64,000 nt of DNA from a virus. Location: positions 1 through 64,000 of the IMG/VR virus record IMGVR_UViG_3300027921_000016; one strand, written 5' to 3'. The position numbers and the translations under genes were made by a program. Shown in pieces: positions 1 through 9,151 of this stretch. The notes beneath the pieces are model-generated. The model ran no database searches. It was not told the DNA's origin and saw only the letters and a list, made by a program, of their open reading frames with translations. Within the stretch, counting starts at the first letter, position 1. Each line of letters begins with the position of its first letter.

Positions 1-175
1 GCGGGCTGCGACCGCCGCCACGAGCCGTGCAAAACTCAACCGATACAACAGCCGGTTTACCGGTCATCGTATCCATGCCGTCGCATATCACATGCACATC
101 GCCATCACCGTCAGTGAGCAGGCGCAATTTCACTCCGCGCCCCATGTCTCCGTGCCGCTCAACCATTACAGGCAT
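1..175 (-). CDS. Hypothetical phage protein, runs off the window edge
   Basis: Manual translation MPVMVERHGDMGRGVKLRLLTDGDGDVHV...VEFCTARGGGRSP; GGAGA SD upstream. Confidence 0.6.
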   Translation of the reverse strand, partial: MPVMVERHGDMGRGVKLRLLTDGDGDVHVICDGMDTMTGKPAVVSVEFCTARGGGRSP

Positions 176-195
176 TCCAATCTCCAGTCACAAAA

Positions 196-285
196 GCCCA
201 ACAAACCAATCAAGCGGGACGCGCGAACATCCGTCACGCCTTCGTTTCGCGCCTCACGCGCGCCCGCTTACCCTAGGCGTTATGC
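196..285 (+). mobile_element. Integron attC-like site (90 bp)
   Basis: GCCCAAC (RYYYAAC) at 196-202; arms AAGCGGG-A-CGCGCG / CGCGCG-CCCGCTT with a bulged base; GTTATGC at 279-285. Confidence 0.6.
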
Positions 286-432
286 CCCATATCCATACGC
301 AGCCAATATATCCACTGCAATCACCCAACCGAAAACAGCCCACAACTGCCAGCCTTCTAATCCCCACGATTCCACTAAATTGAACATGGCGATAGTCCCA
401 ATACTTGCAATAAACCGCGCTATTTGTTTCAC
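280..432 (-). CDS. 50-aa membrane protein inside a cassette-like unit
   Basis: AGGAGGAG SD, GTG start, hydrophobic (QLWAVFGWVIAVDILAAYG); stop lies in the GTTATGC box. Confidence 0.55.
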   Translation of the reverse strand: MKQIARFIASIGTIAMFNLVESWGLEGWQLWAVFGWVIAVDILAAYGYGA

Positions 433-459
433 CCCTCCTCCTGTTGCATAACTGCACCT

Positions 460-684
460 TCAACTCGGACGCCAGGCCGTTTTCCCGTCGTCATACAGGC
501 CTGCAATACGCAGGCCTAAGTTGTGCAACTGCGGGAGCAGGAGCGCGGAAAACTCTGCATCCTGCTCACGTGTTGCGCGGCCAGATGCGACCGCATCTGC
601 GCGGCGCTACTGGCCCATCTGTGAATTCCAGGCCACCCCGGCCTGGGCCATTTCGATGTACATTTGAAACATTGTGGCGGTCAT
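460..684 (-). pseudogene. 75-codon frame with internal TAG at 607-609
   Basis: AAGGAG SD plus ATG; frame stays open about 48 codons beyond the amber. Confidence 0.3.
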
Positions 685-706
685 TTTATCGCTCCTTGGT
701 TGCTGC

Positions 707-976
707 TCACAAGTAGGTAACTCCGTCCTCGACCTTCACGGGCTGAGGGGCGGGCTGTTCAACGAAGCCCAGAGCACGCAGGTGCTTGCAGGGCTTACGA
801 ACTCCACCCTTCTGGAAACTCCAGGCCGGGCAAGAGCAACGACCCTGACTCACATCCACCCGGTACTTTTTACTGGGGTCCCGCTCACTAGGGACTTCCA
901 CAACCGCGTAAGCTACCCCACCACGAGCGGGGACTACCATTTCAACTTTGAAGCTGTTGAGGTTCAGGGTTTTCAT
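707..976 (-). CDS. SWIM zinc-finger protein
   Basis: CSC-PAW...CKH motif (CxC-x(n)-CxH); GGAG SD before MKTLNL. Confidence 0.75.
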   Translation of the reverse strand: MKTLNLNSFKVEMVVPARGGVAYAVVEVPSERDPSKKYRVDVSQGRCSCPAWSFQKGGVRKPCKHLRALGFVEQPAPQPVKVEDGVTYL

Positions 977-1015
977 CGTGTCACTCCATTGACGTTGTTG
1001 GGAAGGGGTATCTCC

Positions 1016-1043
1016 AGTGTACCACAACCCTTAAATTTGTCAA
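1016..1043 (-). promoter_or_regulatory. Sigma70-like early promoter
   Basis: TTGACA-N16(ending TTGTGG)-TACACT; 14-mer 8 bp upstream. Confidence 0.8.
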
Positions 1044-1048
1044 GAATT

Positions 1049-1537
1049 TTATGCAATTGATTGCAATGACGAGGTGTTCAAGGCCTCACATTTGGCCTCG
1101 GCCTTCAGAGCGTCAGCCCAGGCACTCATGGCCTGTTCAGGTTCCAGGTGCTGAAAGTCACGGCCCATCGCATGGTAGAAGGGCCTACGGGCGTCGTCCA
1201 ACATGTCGCGGAGGGCGGTGTCGTCTTGGGGCTGATCAATGAAACCCGTCGCCGGGTATCGACCTTTCGCCCAGGCATTCAGAGAGCCGGAGACCGGGTA
1301 GTCGGGCTGCCCATACAGAGACGTGCGCAACTTCGCGTATTGATCCTCTGCTACCAATTTCCACGCTTCCGCACATTCCAGCAGCTTCGCCGCCCGTGCT
1401 TGGCACTCGGCCAACCGTATACGCAACGCAGTAACTTCCATAGATACTTGGTTTTTCACAATTTGTTGGCACTCGGCCAGGGCTTTCTCACTTTGTTCCA
1501 GTGCCGCAACCTTGGATTCTAGTTCTTTCTCGTTCAT
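1049..1537 (-). CDS. Hypothetical coiled-coil protein
   Basis: 162-aa ORF, heptad-like N-terminus, ATGA overlap with upstream gene. Confidence 0.7.
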   Translation of the reverse strand: MNEKELESKVAALEQSEKALAECQQIVKNQVSMEVTALRIRLAECQARAAKLLECAEAWKLVAEDQYAKLRTSLYGQPDYPVSGSLNAWAKGRYPATGFIDQPQDDTALRDMLDDARRPFYHAMGRDFQHLEPEQAMSAWADALKAEAKCEALNTSSLQSIA

Positions 1538-1794
1538 GCCCGCTTCCTATACGTTCGTGGGGTCTTGTCCGCGCTGGTAGGCACCACAGTACCATACCGT
1601 ACCATCTGCTCAAGGCGGTTATGCACCTGCACGGAAGTGTAGTTCCAGGCGACCATTGCCTCCTTCACCGTGAACTCCTGAGGTACTAGCTCAAGGAGTT
1701 TGGCTCTTAGCTTGTCAGCCTGGGCCTTCAACACGGCATTGCGCTTTTGGGATGCGGCGTAAGCCGCTGGCCTAGAATGGGGGTAAGTGCTCAC
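1534..1794 (-). CDS. Small basic protein, possible winged HTH
   Basis: 86 aa, FTVKEAMVAWNYTSVQVHNRLEQMVRYG; coupled to neighbours. Confidence 0.55.
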   Translation of the reverse strand: MSTYPHSRPAAYAASQKRNAVLKAQADKLRAKLLELVPQEFTVKEAMVAWNYTSVQVHNRLEQMVRYGTVVPTSADKTPRTYRKRA

Positions 1795-2092
1795 AAAACC
1801 ACCCTGGGTACGATGTACTTGTGGTCGTCACTGCGAACCTGCACCTCGTAGTTGCCAGGGGCAAGATTGTCTGCCGCCAGGGCACAGAGTTCGTCCAGAG
1901 CCCACCACCAAAACATCTTGAGCCATTTCATTTGCTTCTCCTTAGAAGACAGACAGCCAATATCAAGCCGGTGGCTACCCCAGCAGGTACACCATAACTG
2001 TACGTAAATCGTACAACCAATACAAGAATGAGTCCATCAGGCCCCCACTGCAATTGATTGCACACCCTGGAGCAGGTACTTCCTGGTCTCGT

Positions 2093-2470
2093 TCATCGTG
2101 CCCCCTTCGGGCCTACCATCCAAGTGGGAGGGCAGGGTACTTCCTGATTCTGTGGCCGCCACAAATGCAGACAGTGAGGGTGGTAGTTCACGTACACCTC
2201 AGCAGCCGGGTGGTACTGGATAGCCGTCTCGTCGTCCTTGAAGAACAGGGCCTTGATCTGGCACATTTCGTCCCAGTTCGGGGTACGCCCTCTGCGGGAT
2301 ACACTCACGTGATCCCAGCCCTCGCCCGCCGAGGCAATCACATACAGAGGCTTCTTGTCGATCACCGAGGGTACTACAAAACCCCCGTTCTCGTGGTCCC
2401 CACGTACTCCGTACACCTTGTTCTCTGCCTGTATGTCCCGGTAGGACTCCAGGTTATGCAGGTTCTTCAT
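2093..2470 (-). CDS. Conserved phage protein of unknown function
   Basis: GWDHVSVS..R.PNWDEMCQIK.LFF...QYHP...YVNYHPHCLHLWRP, a pattern common in phage proteins. Confidence 0.75.
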   Translation of the reverse strand: MKNLHNLESYRDIQAENKVYGVRGDHENGGFVVPSVIDKKPLYVIASAGEGWDHVSVSRRGRTPNWDEMCQIKALFFKDDETAIQYHPAAEVYVNYHPHCLHLWRPQNQEVPCPPTWMVGPKGAR

Positions 2471-2471
2471 A

Positions 2472-2873
2472 TCATCCCTCGTTAAGGTCAGGGTTGGGGG
2501 TATACAGCAGGGCATAGCCACAGTCGATAGCCATCTTAACCTCCCAGGCCCTCAACTTCGTACTACTGGTATTCCGAGGCTTTGGGGTGGTGAAGGGCAC
2601 GTACTCATGCACTTCGTTCAGATACCCTACAAGATCGAATCCGGGTTTGTCCGTGGAGTCCAGTGCTACCTGAAGATGGGCATCCATCACCGTACCCCTA
2701 TTGTTTGAGCAGTCTGGGCCGACACCTTGATAACAAACGACGGGCCGTTGGAGTGTTCCTGGGCTTGCTCCGGACCATCGAAGGGGCCATCTACTGGCAC
2801 TACCTCCATTTCCCAACAGGGAGACATAGTACTTGAAGTCGGTAACTGGTGCTACTGGGGCGGGGAATTTCAT
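2472..2873 (-). CDS. Hypothetical protein
   Basis: 133-aa ORF with GGAG SD directly downstream of a promoter. Confidence 0.6.
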   Translation of the reverse strand: MKFPAPVAPVTDFKYYVSLLGNGGSASRWPLRWSGASPGTLQRPVVCYQGVGPDCSNNRGTVMDAHLQVALDSTDKPGFDLVGYLNEVHEYVPFTTPKPRNTSSTKLRAWEVKMAIDCGYALLYTPNPDLNEG

Positions 2874-2907
2874 TTCGTCACTCCATTGACTGTTGAGGGG
2901 TATTCAT

Positions 2908-2935
2908 ACTATAACACAATCCCGGAGTTTGTCAA
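2908..2935 (-). promoter_or_regulatory. Sigma70-like early promoter
   Basis: TTGACA-AACTCCGGGATTGTGT-TATAGT. Confidence 0.8.
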
Positions 2936-2943
2936 TTATTTTC

Positions 2944-3549
2944 TTACTCCTGGGATGCAATTGGTTGCAGAAGCTCAGGGTCTTGACAGTTGACCATCCC
3001 AGTAGCATCAGGTCTGTGTTTACCGGTGTTCCAGTACCGGTAGTACGTACTACGGTACAGCCGCTTGAGCGTGCCCGTCCCGGTCTTGGTCTTGCCCAGG
3101 ACCTTTGGCGCCCGAATTTCCCGCACGTACAACCTGGAACCATTCTCGATGAACACCAGTATTCCTGCCCATTCCGGTACATGCTCGGGTATCTTGTACT
3201 TGGGTTCAAAGGTTCTACCTAGGTCTTTCCACCACCCCCAGCCTTCGGCCTTGTGCTCTTGCTTCTCCAGTAGGTGCTCGGGTACCGCGTAGTAGAATCG
3301 GCTCACGAACTTCCAATTCAGGCTAGTCCACTTGCCCTTCTTGGCGTCGATCTTCCAGTCCCCGTGTGTGAGCTTGACCTCGACCTCCCACATGTAATTT
3401 GCGGGGGTCACCAGTACGAAATCGGCCTCCCAGTCATACACATGGACGTTCGGGAAGCACTGATTCTGAGCGTAGTTGAAGAACGTACCGAGCGCAGCAA
3501 CACACTTACCCTCAGAATACCTCTTGGTACTCTCGATCTTCAGCATCAC
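2944..3549 (-). CDS. PD-(D/E)XK nuclease, MmcB-like
   Basis: EADF...EVEVK...DW..D..K and RFYYAVP motifs. Confidence 0.7.
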   Translation of the reverse strand: MMLKIESTKRYSEGKCVAALGTFFNYAQNQCFPNVHVYDWEADFVLVTPANYMWEVEVKLTHGDWKIDAKKGKWTSLNWKFVSRFYYAVPEHLLEKQEHKAEGWGWWKDLGRTFEPKYKIPEHVPEWAGILVFIENGSRLYVREIRAPKVLGKTKTGTGTLKRLYRSTYYRYWNTGKHRPDATGMVNCQDPELLQPIASQE

Positions 3550-4181
3550 TTTACCTCTCGAATCACCTCAAACGCCTCAGCGTACTCAGACCCAGCCTCA
3601 GCCCCGTACACCCTAGAATTAGCATAGATTGACATCGGAGACCGTGGACCTTTTTTCATAAACTCCCAGGTGTACGCCCGGTACGCCCTCACCTTTACTT
3701 CCATACCCTCTTCAGAAGCGGGCCAAAAACTTGCAGGCTTGAACTCCCCGTACAGCCCACCAAAATTAGACCCCAGAGATACAAACTCCAACAGCGTGCA
3801 AGTGGTCTTAGTTGATCTTGTGGCTACCCTCACGGCCTCACACACTATGCGGTGATCCCTATTCAAGTCCTTTCCTGAGTGCGTGATCACCAGGCTGGGA
3901 ATGCACTCCGAGACCGCGTTTTCTACCTGCCATACCAAATCGGTGAACGGTATCCCGTCCAGACCCTGATCTGGATAACCCAGATATAGCAGGCGCTGGT
4001 ACCCAAGGACCCCCTGAGCGGCCTCCGCATGCACCCTACACACCCCTGGCTGCCCATGACGAATACTGTTCTCACAGAACATGAGTACCGTCACCTCATG
4101 CTCCTTGGCCAACCGGTGAATGGTGGCCCCCACTCCTAGTACCTCGTCATCCGGGTGTGCAACAACCACAAGTACATTCAT
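3546..4181 (-). CDS. PIG-L/LmbE family N-deacetylase
   Basis: VVAHPDDE; THS..DLNRDH; YAEAF C-terminus. Confidence 0.9.
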   Translation of the reverse strand: MNVLVVVAHPDDEVLGVGATIHRLAKEHEVTVLMFCENSIRHGQPGVCRVHAEAAQGVLGYQRLLYLGYPDQGLDGIPFTDLVWQVENAVSECIPSLVITHSGKDLNRDHRIVCEAVRVATRSTKTTCTLLEFVSLGSNFGGLYGEFKPASFWPASEEGMEVKVRAYRAYTWEFMKKGPRSPMSIYANSRVYGAEAGSEYAEAFEVIREVK

Positions 4182-5296
4182 CTTGCCTCCGGGGTCTTGT
4201 AGCAGTCATCCAGCAGCGCGTCTACATTATAGACATATCTCTGCAACCAGAGATCATCAACGATACCACATACAGGGCTGTACCCTACCGCCCCCTGTAG
4301 CACTTGACGAATGCCTCCGATGTCCCCAGCAGAACACAAGGCCTCCAGTGAGTTGACGGCAGACAGTACAGTCTTCCACGCAGGTATCGGTTCGTTCGCC
4401 ACCATTATCTCCGGGTGGGCAGTAGACCTCAAGCCATCCCCCAGGGTAAGTTCCTCATGTAGTTTCTCTCCGGGGCGAAGGCCAACAAACACTACTTCAG
4501 AATCCCTCCCCAGGTCCTCGATCATCCTGGTGGCGATGTCCACTATCTTTACAGCCTCCCCCATGCTAAGCACGTACACCCCACAAGGCATTACATGTGC
4601 TTGTAGGATCAACACAACCGCCTGAGAGACAGTCATGAAGTACCGATCCACCTGAGCGTGTGTGACCGTTACCGGTAGACCCGCCTCTATCTGCTCATAG
4701 AATAATGGGATTACCGAGCCGCTACTGCCTAGCACATTACCGAACCGTACCACCCTAACCCTGCCCTTCAACTTCAGATTACCCAAGGCCAGTTGTTCTA
4801 CCAAGGCTTTACTTGCCCCCATCAAGTTAGTCGGTCTGACGGCCTTATCGGTACTGATCACCGTGATAGCCTCCACCACAGGGGACGCGGCACACACGTC
4901 CAGCAAGTTCGAGGCAGCAAACACGTTGTTGCGTATGGCCGATACAGGGTTACGCTCCACCATCGGCACGTGCTTGTACGCCCCCACATGAAACACTTGG
5001 GACACCCCGTACACGTCTACCAACGAGGACACCAAGGAAGTGTCTCCGTAGCTGCCAAGCACCGGCACTGCAATTGATTGCAGCTTGCGATGCACCTCAT
5101 ACAGACGGTACTCATTATTGTCCAACAACACCAACTTCTTCACGCCGACACTGCCAAGCCGTGCACACAGGGCAGAACCAATTGAACCCCCAGCGCCCGT
5201 CACAAGCACGGACTTACCCCGCAACCCAGACACGTCAATAACCTCCTCGGTCGGGGTTTTACCCAGGAACTCCATCAACTTCTGTTCATTGAACAT
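4178..5296 (-). CDS. Nucleotide-sugar 4,6-dehydratase, PglF/CapD/WbpM type, soluble catalytic domain only
   Basis: TGAGGSIG, AYKHVP, STDKAV, MGASK (MxxxK), RFGNVLGSSGSV, GLRPGEKLHEEL. Confidence 0.92.
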   Translation of the reverse strand: MFNEQKLMEFLGKTPTEEVIDVSGLRGKSVLVTGAGGSIGSALCARLGSVGVKKLVLLDNNEYRLYEVHRKLQSIAVPVLGSYGDTSLVSSLVDVYGVSQVFHVGAYKHVPMVERNPVSAIRNNVFAASNLLDVCAASPVVEAITVISTDKAVRPTNLMGASKALVEQLALGNLKLKGRVRVVRFGNVLGSSGSVIPLFYEQIEAGLPVTVTHAQVDRYFMTVSQAVVLILQAHVMPCGVYVLSMGEAVKIVDIATRMIEDLGRDSEVVFVGLRPGEKLHEELTLGDGLRSTAHPEIMVANEPIPAWKTVLSAVNSLEALCSAGDIGGIRQVLQGAVGYSPVCGIVDDLWLQRYVYNVDALLDDCYKTPEAR

Positions 5297-6399
5297 GCCA
5301 CGGCCTCCAGTATGGTCTCCACTTGCGCGTTCGATAACTGGGAGTACAAGGGTAGGGAACACGCGGACTGCCAGTACTGCTCAGAAACAGGGTACTTCTT
5401 GACATCATCACTGTATGCCGACAACCGGTGCAGGGGTTTGAAGTGCACGGACATCCCAACCCCCTGGGAGGTCATACTGGCTATGAAACCCCCCCTATCA
5501 ACCGTAGGCGGCAACTGAATCGGGTACAGGTGGCGACAGTGGCCAGCATGGTAATACGGCCTGAGTATCTCCTCAGGTAAGAGCTCATCGTACCTCCGTG
5601 CGATCTCCATACGACGGATACGCATTTCTTCCTCACGAAGAAGCTGCACCCTACCCATTGCCGCTGCGGTGTCGGGCATATTAGCCTTCCACCCCACCTG
5701 CGTGACATCGTACTCCCACGCTCCACCAGAGTCCCGGTACCGGTTGAAGGCATCCCGGCTGATCCCATGCAACCTGCCTCTCTGTACATGCTGAATCAAC
5801 CCTGGATTGCCTGACACAACCATACCCCCCTCCCCCGTGGTTATGCACTTGGTTGCGTAGAAGCTGAACACCGTTGCCAGGGAATCATCAGAGGCCCCGA
5901 TTCTACACAGAGCATCTTCCGCACCAAACGAGTGGGCGGCGTCCTCTATGAGCGGGATACGCTCACTCAAGCAGTACTTGACAATCTCGGTGCGATCAAT
6001 CGGCACGGCCCCAGCAAAATGGACCAGAACCACAGCCCCTAAAGGCTCCTGCTTGTGGGCCTTCGTTACAGCATGCAAGGACAAACACAGATCATCTGCA
6101 CGGACATCCCCTATTACAGGGCGGCCCCCTGCCTGCACGATGGTCTCGATACTGGCCACGAACGTGATGTCCGGTACCAGTACTGGCTTTCCTTGTAGCT
6201 GTAAGTACTCCAGGGCCAGTAACAGCCCTGCTGTGGCACTATTTGCTGCCAAGCAGGTACGTGAGGTGTTCAGCCACTCCTGCGCCTCCTGTTCAAACAA
6301 CCGCATCTGAGGCCCGGAGGTAATCCACCCGCCCTCCATGGCCTTGGCCACGGCCTCTATCTCTCTATTCGTTATATCCGGTACCGCGAACGGGATCAT
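5275..6399 (-). CDS. DegT/DnrJ/EryC1/StrS PLP-dependent sugar aminotransferase
   Basis: IEDAAH, FSFYATKCITTGEGG, SLPLY. Confidence 0.95.
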   Translation of the reverse strand: MIPFAVPDITNREIEAVAKAMEGGWITSGPQMRLFEQEAQEWLNTSRTCLAANSATAGLLLALEYLQLQGKPVLVPDITFVASIETIVQAGGRPVIGDVRADDLCLSLHAVTKAHKQEPLGAVVLVHFAGAVPIDRTEIVKYCLSERIPLIEDAAHSFGAEDALCRIGASDDSLATVFSFYATKCITTGEGGMVVSGNPGLIQHVQRGRLHGISRDAFNRYRDSGGAWEYDVTQVGWKANMPDTAAAMGRVQLLREEEMRIRRMEIARRYDELLPEEILRPYYHAGHCRHLYPIQLPPTVDRGGFIASMTSQGVGMSVHFKPLHRLSAYSDDVKKYPVSEQYWQSACSLPLYSQLSNAQVETILEAVACSMNRS

Positions 6400-6971
6400 T
6401 TTGACACCTCGTACATCACCCAGGAACTAAAGAACGGCACATTACGATATTCCCCACAGGCAGTGGTGGACCGGACAGTGAATCCAGCGCCTTTTAGCAA
6501 CCTACGAAACCCCCTGTCCGACCAGATATGGAGCAGGGTAGGATCATCCTTGTACCCTTTCACTTCATTCCAAGGCTTACGCGCCAACCAACTCAGCCTG
6601 CGGGGAATGACGAAGAACGCCTTGCCACTTGGGGTCAGGCGACTATGTAACCCCGTAAGGGTAGCCTCTGGGTTGAGTACATGCCCTAGCACATTCACAC
6701 ACAGAATGACATCAAACTGCAACTGAGGTACTCGGGTAGCCCATACAACTTTGGGGCATTCCCGCATACCGTACTGCCTCAGCTCCGTACTGGGTTCAAA
6801 AGCGGTAACATGGTTGCAGGCCGACAGTGGGCACGCCAATCCCCCTACGCCAGCCCCAAAATCGAGTATCAACTTGGGTATGTGGGTAGAGAGACGCCCT
6901 ACCAACCACTGACGTAGCCATAGGTAGTGCAGGGTGCGGTTATATTGGATAAGCCTCTGGCTGTAGCTCAT
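6396..6971 (-). CDS. Class I SAM-dependent methyltransferase
   Basis: ILDFGAGVG motif I; FDVILC.NVLGHV; L.P.G. Confidence 0.85.
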   Translation of the reverse strand: MSYSQRLIQYNRTLHYLWLRQWLVGRLSTHIPKLILDFGAGVGGLACPLSACNHVTAFEPSTELRQYGMRECPKVVWATRVPQLQFDVILCVNVLGHVLNPEATLTGLHSRLTPSGKAFFVIPRRLSWLARKPWNEVKGYKDDPTLLHIWSDRGFRRLLKGAGFTVRSTTACGEYRNVPFFSSWVMYEVSK

Positions 6972-8461
6972 TTCACTCTCCTCATGTGCCCGGCCTTCAC
7001 ACTGGCGTCCTCCCACCCATGGAAAGCCATCAGGGCCATACGAAACTCGTTCCACGGGGTGGCCCACACAATACCTTTCGAGTCCCGAGTGTCTTCCAAC
7101 TTGGAAGACAGGCCCCTGAACACCCCCTGTTCAGCCAGCTCCCCTAGCACATCGTGCAAAACCATTTCAGAGCGGGACTCCGTGGCCTTGCACACGGCCT
7201 GAACCACATCGTTATCTGCCTTTCCTGGGAACTCCTGAATGTACTGCGGGAGCGTCTTGGTCTTGAATTCCTGTAGACGGGCATAGAACAGCTCGTACAT
7301 CGTATGCTCGTACTGCCCTCCATGATCAAACATGGCCTTGAATGCCCCTTGCTGCCAATCCAGGAACCTTGCATACATCCCTGGGTAATCATCGTGGAAC
7401 ATCTTGATCATAGCGTAGGCTTCCGTCTCGTTGTGGACAAAGAACGGATAGTCCTCTCCAAACAAGGACTCAAGCCATGTAGCCCTTTTCATTACCGATG
7501 GCACTCCCAAGAGCAAGGGCTCCACCTGGGACATGCCAAACCCACCTTCGGTAGTCATGGTTATCACCAAGTCCATCTCCTCCCTCAGTAGCCTCCAGAA
7601 CTCCTCTCGCGGAGGGTGCAGCACCTGACAGAACTCCGGAGGGGCCATCTTGATGCCCGTAGACACGGTAGAGAACACCACCTTGAATCCAAGGTCCCCT
7701 TTCAGTATCCAGTGCTTCTCCATCACCGAGTAGATGGTCTCCAGGTTAGTAGTACTCAGGCCCATACGCTCGGTGAACCCCAAACAGAATGGCCGCTGCC
7801 CTCTCACAAATCGCCTATCTTCGGCTTTACTGTGGAACCCAAAGGCCTTCACATCAACGGGTGTGTACAGCCTGATCTTGTCCCGTAACTCCTTCACGAT
7901 AGCAGGGGACATGAACCTCTTGGCGGCCTCCATCACCCCGGTCTTCTCATGCTTGATGGTAATCAACACATCATCGGCTGCCACGTACCCACACAAGGTG
8001 GCCAGGTCCTGCACCCGTCTGTCCGATACCGCTACGGTCTTCTTGAAGGACATTACTGGCATCTCCTCCCAGAGAAGCACCTTCTTCAAGAACGCCTGAT
8101 TGTAATTCCGGGGGCTGGTCATCACCAGTTTCATATTCTGAATCTGCTGGGTACGCATGGTAATCACCACGTCCGTATCCCAATACGGGCCGTTGAATGC
8201 CAACAAGGTCTCCAACTCCTTGGGGAACACCTGGTACTCCCGCATCCGGTCGTGGCTATACGGGTACTTCAGATACTCGATGTTCGGGTGCTCGGGGAAC
8301 CATTCGTACTCTTCCGCCTCCATCTCCCAGTCCGGGATCAGCCACCGGAAGAACACATCGTCCGTCTGGGATAGCACGTACTCAACAAGCCTCCGGGCCT
8401 TGAGTGCGGAAGCACAGTGGCTCGGCTTGGTACTGTAGATGGGGTCTATGACTACTTTCAT
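6968..8461 (-). CDS. Divergent GT-B fold glycosyltransferase (putative)
   Basis: DLVITMTTEGGFGMSQVEPLLLGVP resembles the GT4 EGFG..xEA..GxP donor-binding motif; sits in a sugar operon. Confidence 0.6.
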   Translation of the reverse strand: MKVVIDPIYSTKPSHCASALKARRLVEYVLSQTDDVFFRWLIPDWEMEAEEYEWFPEHPNIEYLKYPYSHDRMREYQVFPKELETLLAFNGPYWDTDVVITMRTQQIQNMKLVMTSPRNYNQAFLKKVLLWEEMPVMSFKKTVAVSDRRVQDLATLCGYVAADDVLITIKHEKTGVMEAAKRFMSPAIVKELRDKIRLYTPVDVKAFGFHSKAEDRRFVRGQRPFCLGFTERMGLSTTNLETIYSVMEKHWILKGDLGFKVVFSTVSTGIKMAPPEFCQVLHPPREEFWRLLREEMDLVITMTTEGGFGMSQVEPLLLGVPSVMKRATWLESLFGEDYPFFVHNETEAYAMIKMFHDDYPGMYARFLDWQQGAFKAMFDHGGQYEHTMYELFYARLQEFKTKTLPQYIQEFPGKADNDVVQAVCKATESRSEMVLHDVLGELAEQGVFRGLSSKLEDTRDSKGIVWATPWNEFRMALMAFHGWEDASVKAGHMRRVK

Positions 8462-8500
8462 GGGTACTCCTTAACTACGATTGACGGTATCGGTCTTACT

Positions 8501-9151
8501 TCAAACAAGACCCCAGGTAGCGCACTGCTTGACTATCACCAACGGGTCTGACTCCTGTGCAATCAATTGCAGAACAGAGTTGCCTCCACACCCATTGTGG
8601 ACGGTCTGAAACTTCACGGGATATCCAAACAGCCCCACATCCATGTAGTTTCTGCCTCCGGCCCCACTGTAGTACACACAGGCCCCTAACCGTGCTGAGG
8701 ATATAGCACAACGTAGCCTGCTAGTAGTATCCTCTCCAACGTACTCCTCCACTGGGCGCACATCCAAAGACAAACCCAGACCCTCTCCGACCTTCAAAAT
8801 CAACTCCATGTTCATAGGCGAGAGACGTGAAAACTCCATGGTCTCGTACTTCAGGAGCACATCCCTGACGGGCTCCAGCCGCGCACGGTACTTATTGGCC
8901 TTGCTCATCAACTCCTGCTCTATGGTCTTACGGGCCTTTGTGATCGAAGGCCCCCGCACAACAGCATCTAAGTAGGTCTTCCCATGGACATCTAAGCTGA
9001 TCCATCTACCCTTTATCCGGACACGGTAGTGCATACCCCCGCTCTCCAGAGCCACCATATCCAACGGTAAGTACACGTCGGTACTAGCCAACTTATTCCA
9101 GAACCCTGCCCAGGGAAGGAAATCAGGCTGGTGCACTGCTACTCGTAGCAT
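8501..9151 (-). CDS. WbqC-like protein
   Basis: HQPDFLPWAGFWNKL N-terminus; YYSGAGGRNYMD. Confidence 0.85.
   Translation of the reverse strand: MLRVAVHQPDFLPWAGFWNKLASTDVYLPLDMVALESGGMHYRVRIKGRWISLDVHGKTYLDAVVRGPSITKARKTIEQELMSKANKYRARLEPVRDVLLKYETMEFSRLSPMNMELILKVGEGLGLSLDVRPVEEYVGEDTTSRLRCAISSARLGACVYYSGAGGRNYMDVGLFGYPVKFQTVHNGCGGNSVLQLIAQESDPLVIVKQCATWGLV

Noticed and set aside
460-684. Genome-wide stop-codon reassignment suggested by in-frame TAG (607) and TGA (55561)
   Set aside because: Conserved genes are full length in the standard code and end properly at TAG (dnaB) and TGA (many ATGA overlaps); no suppressor tRNA is seen.
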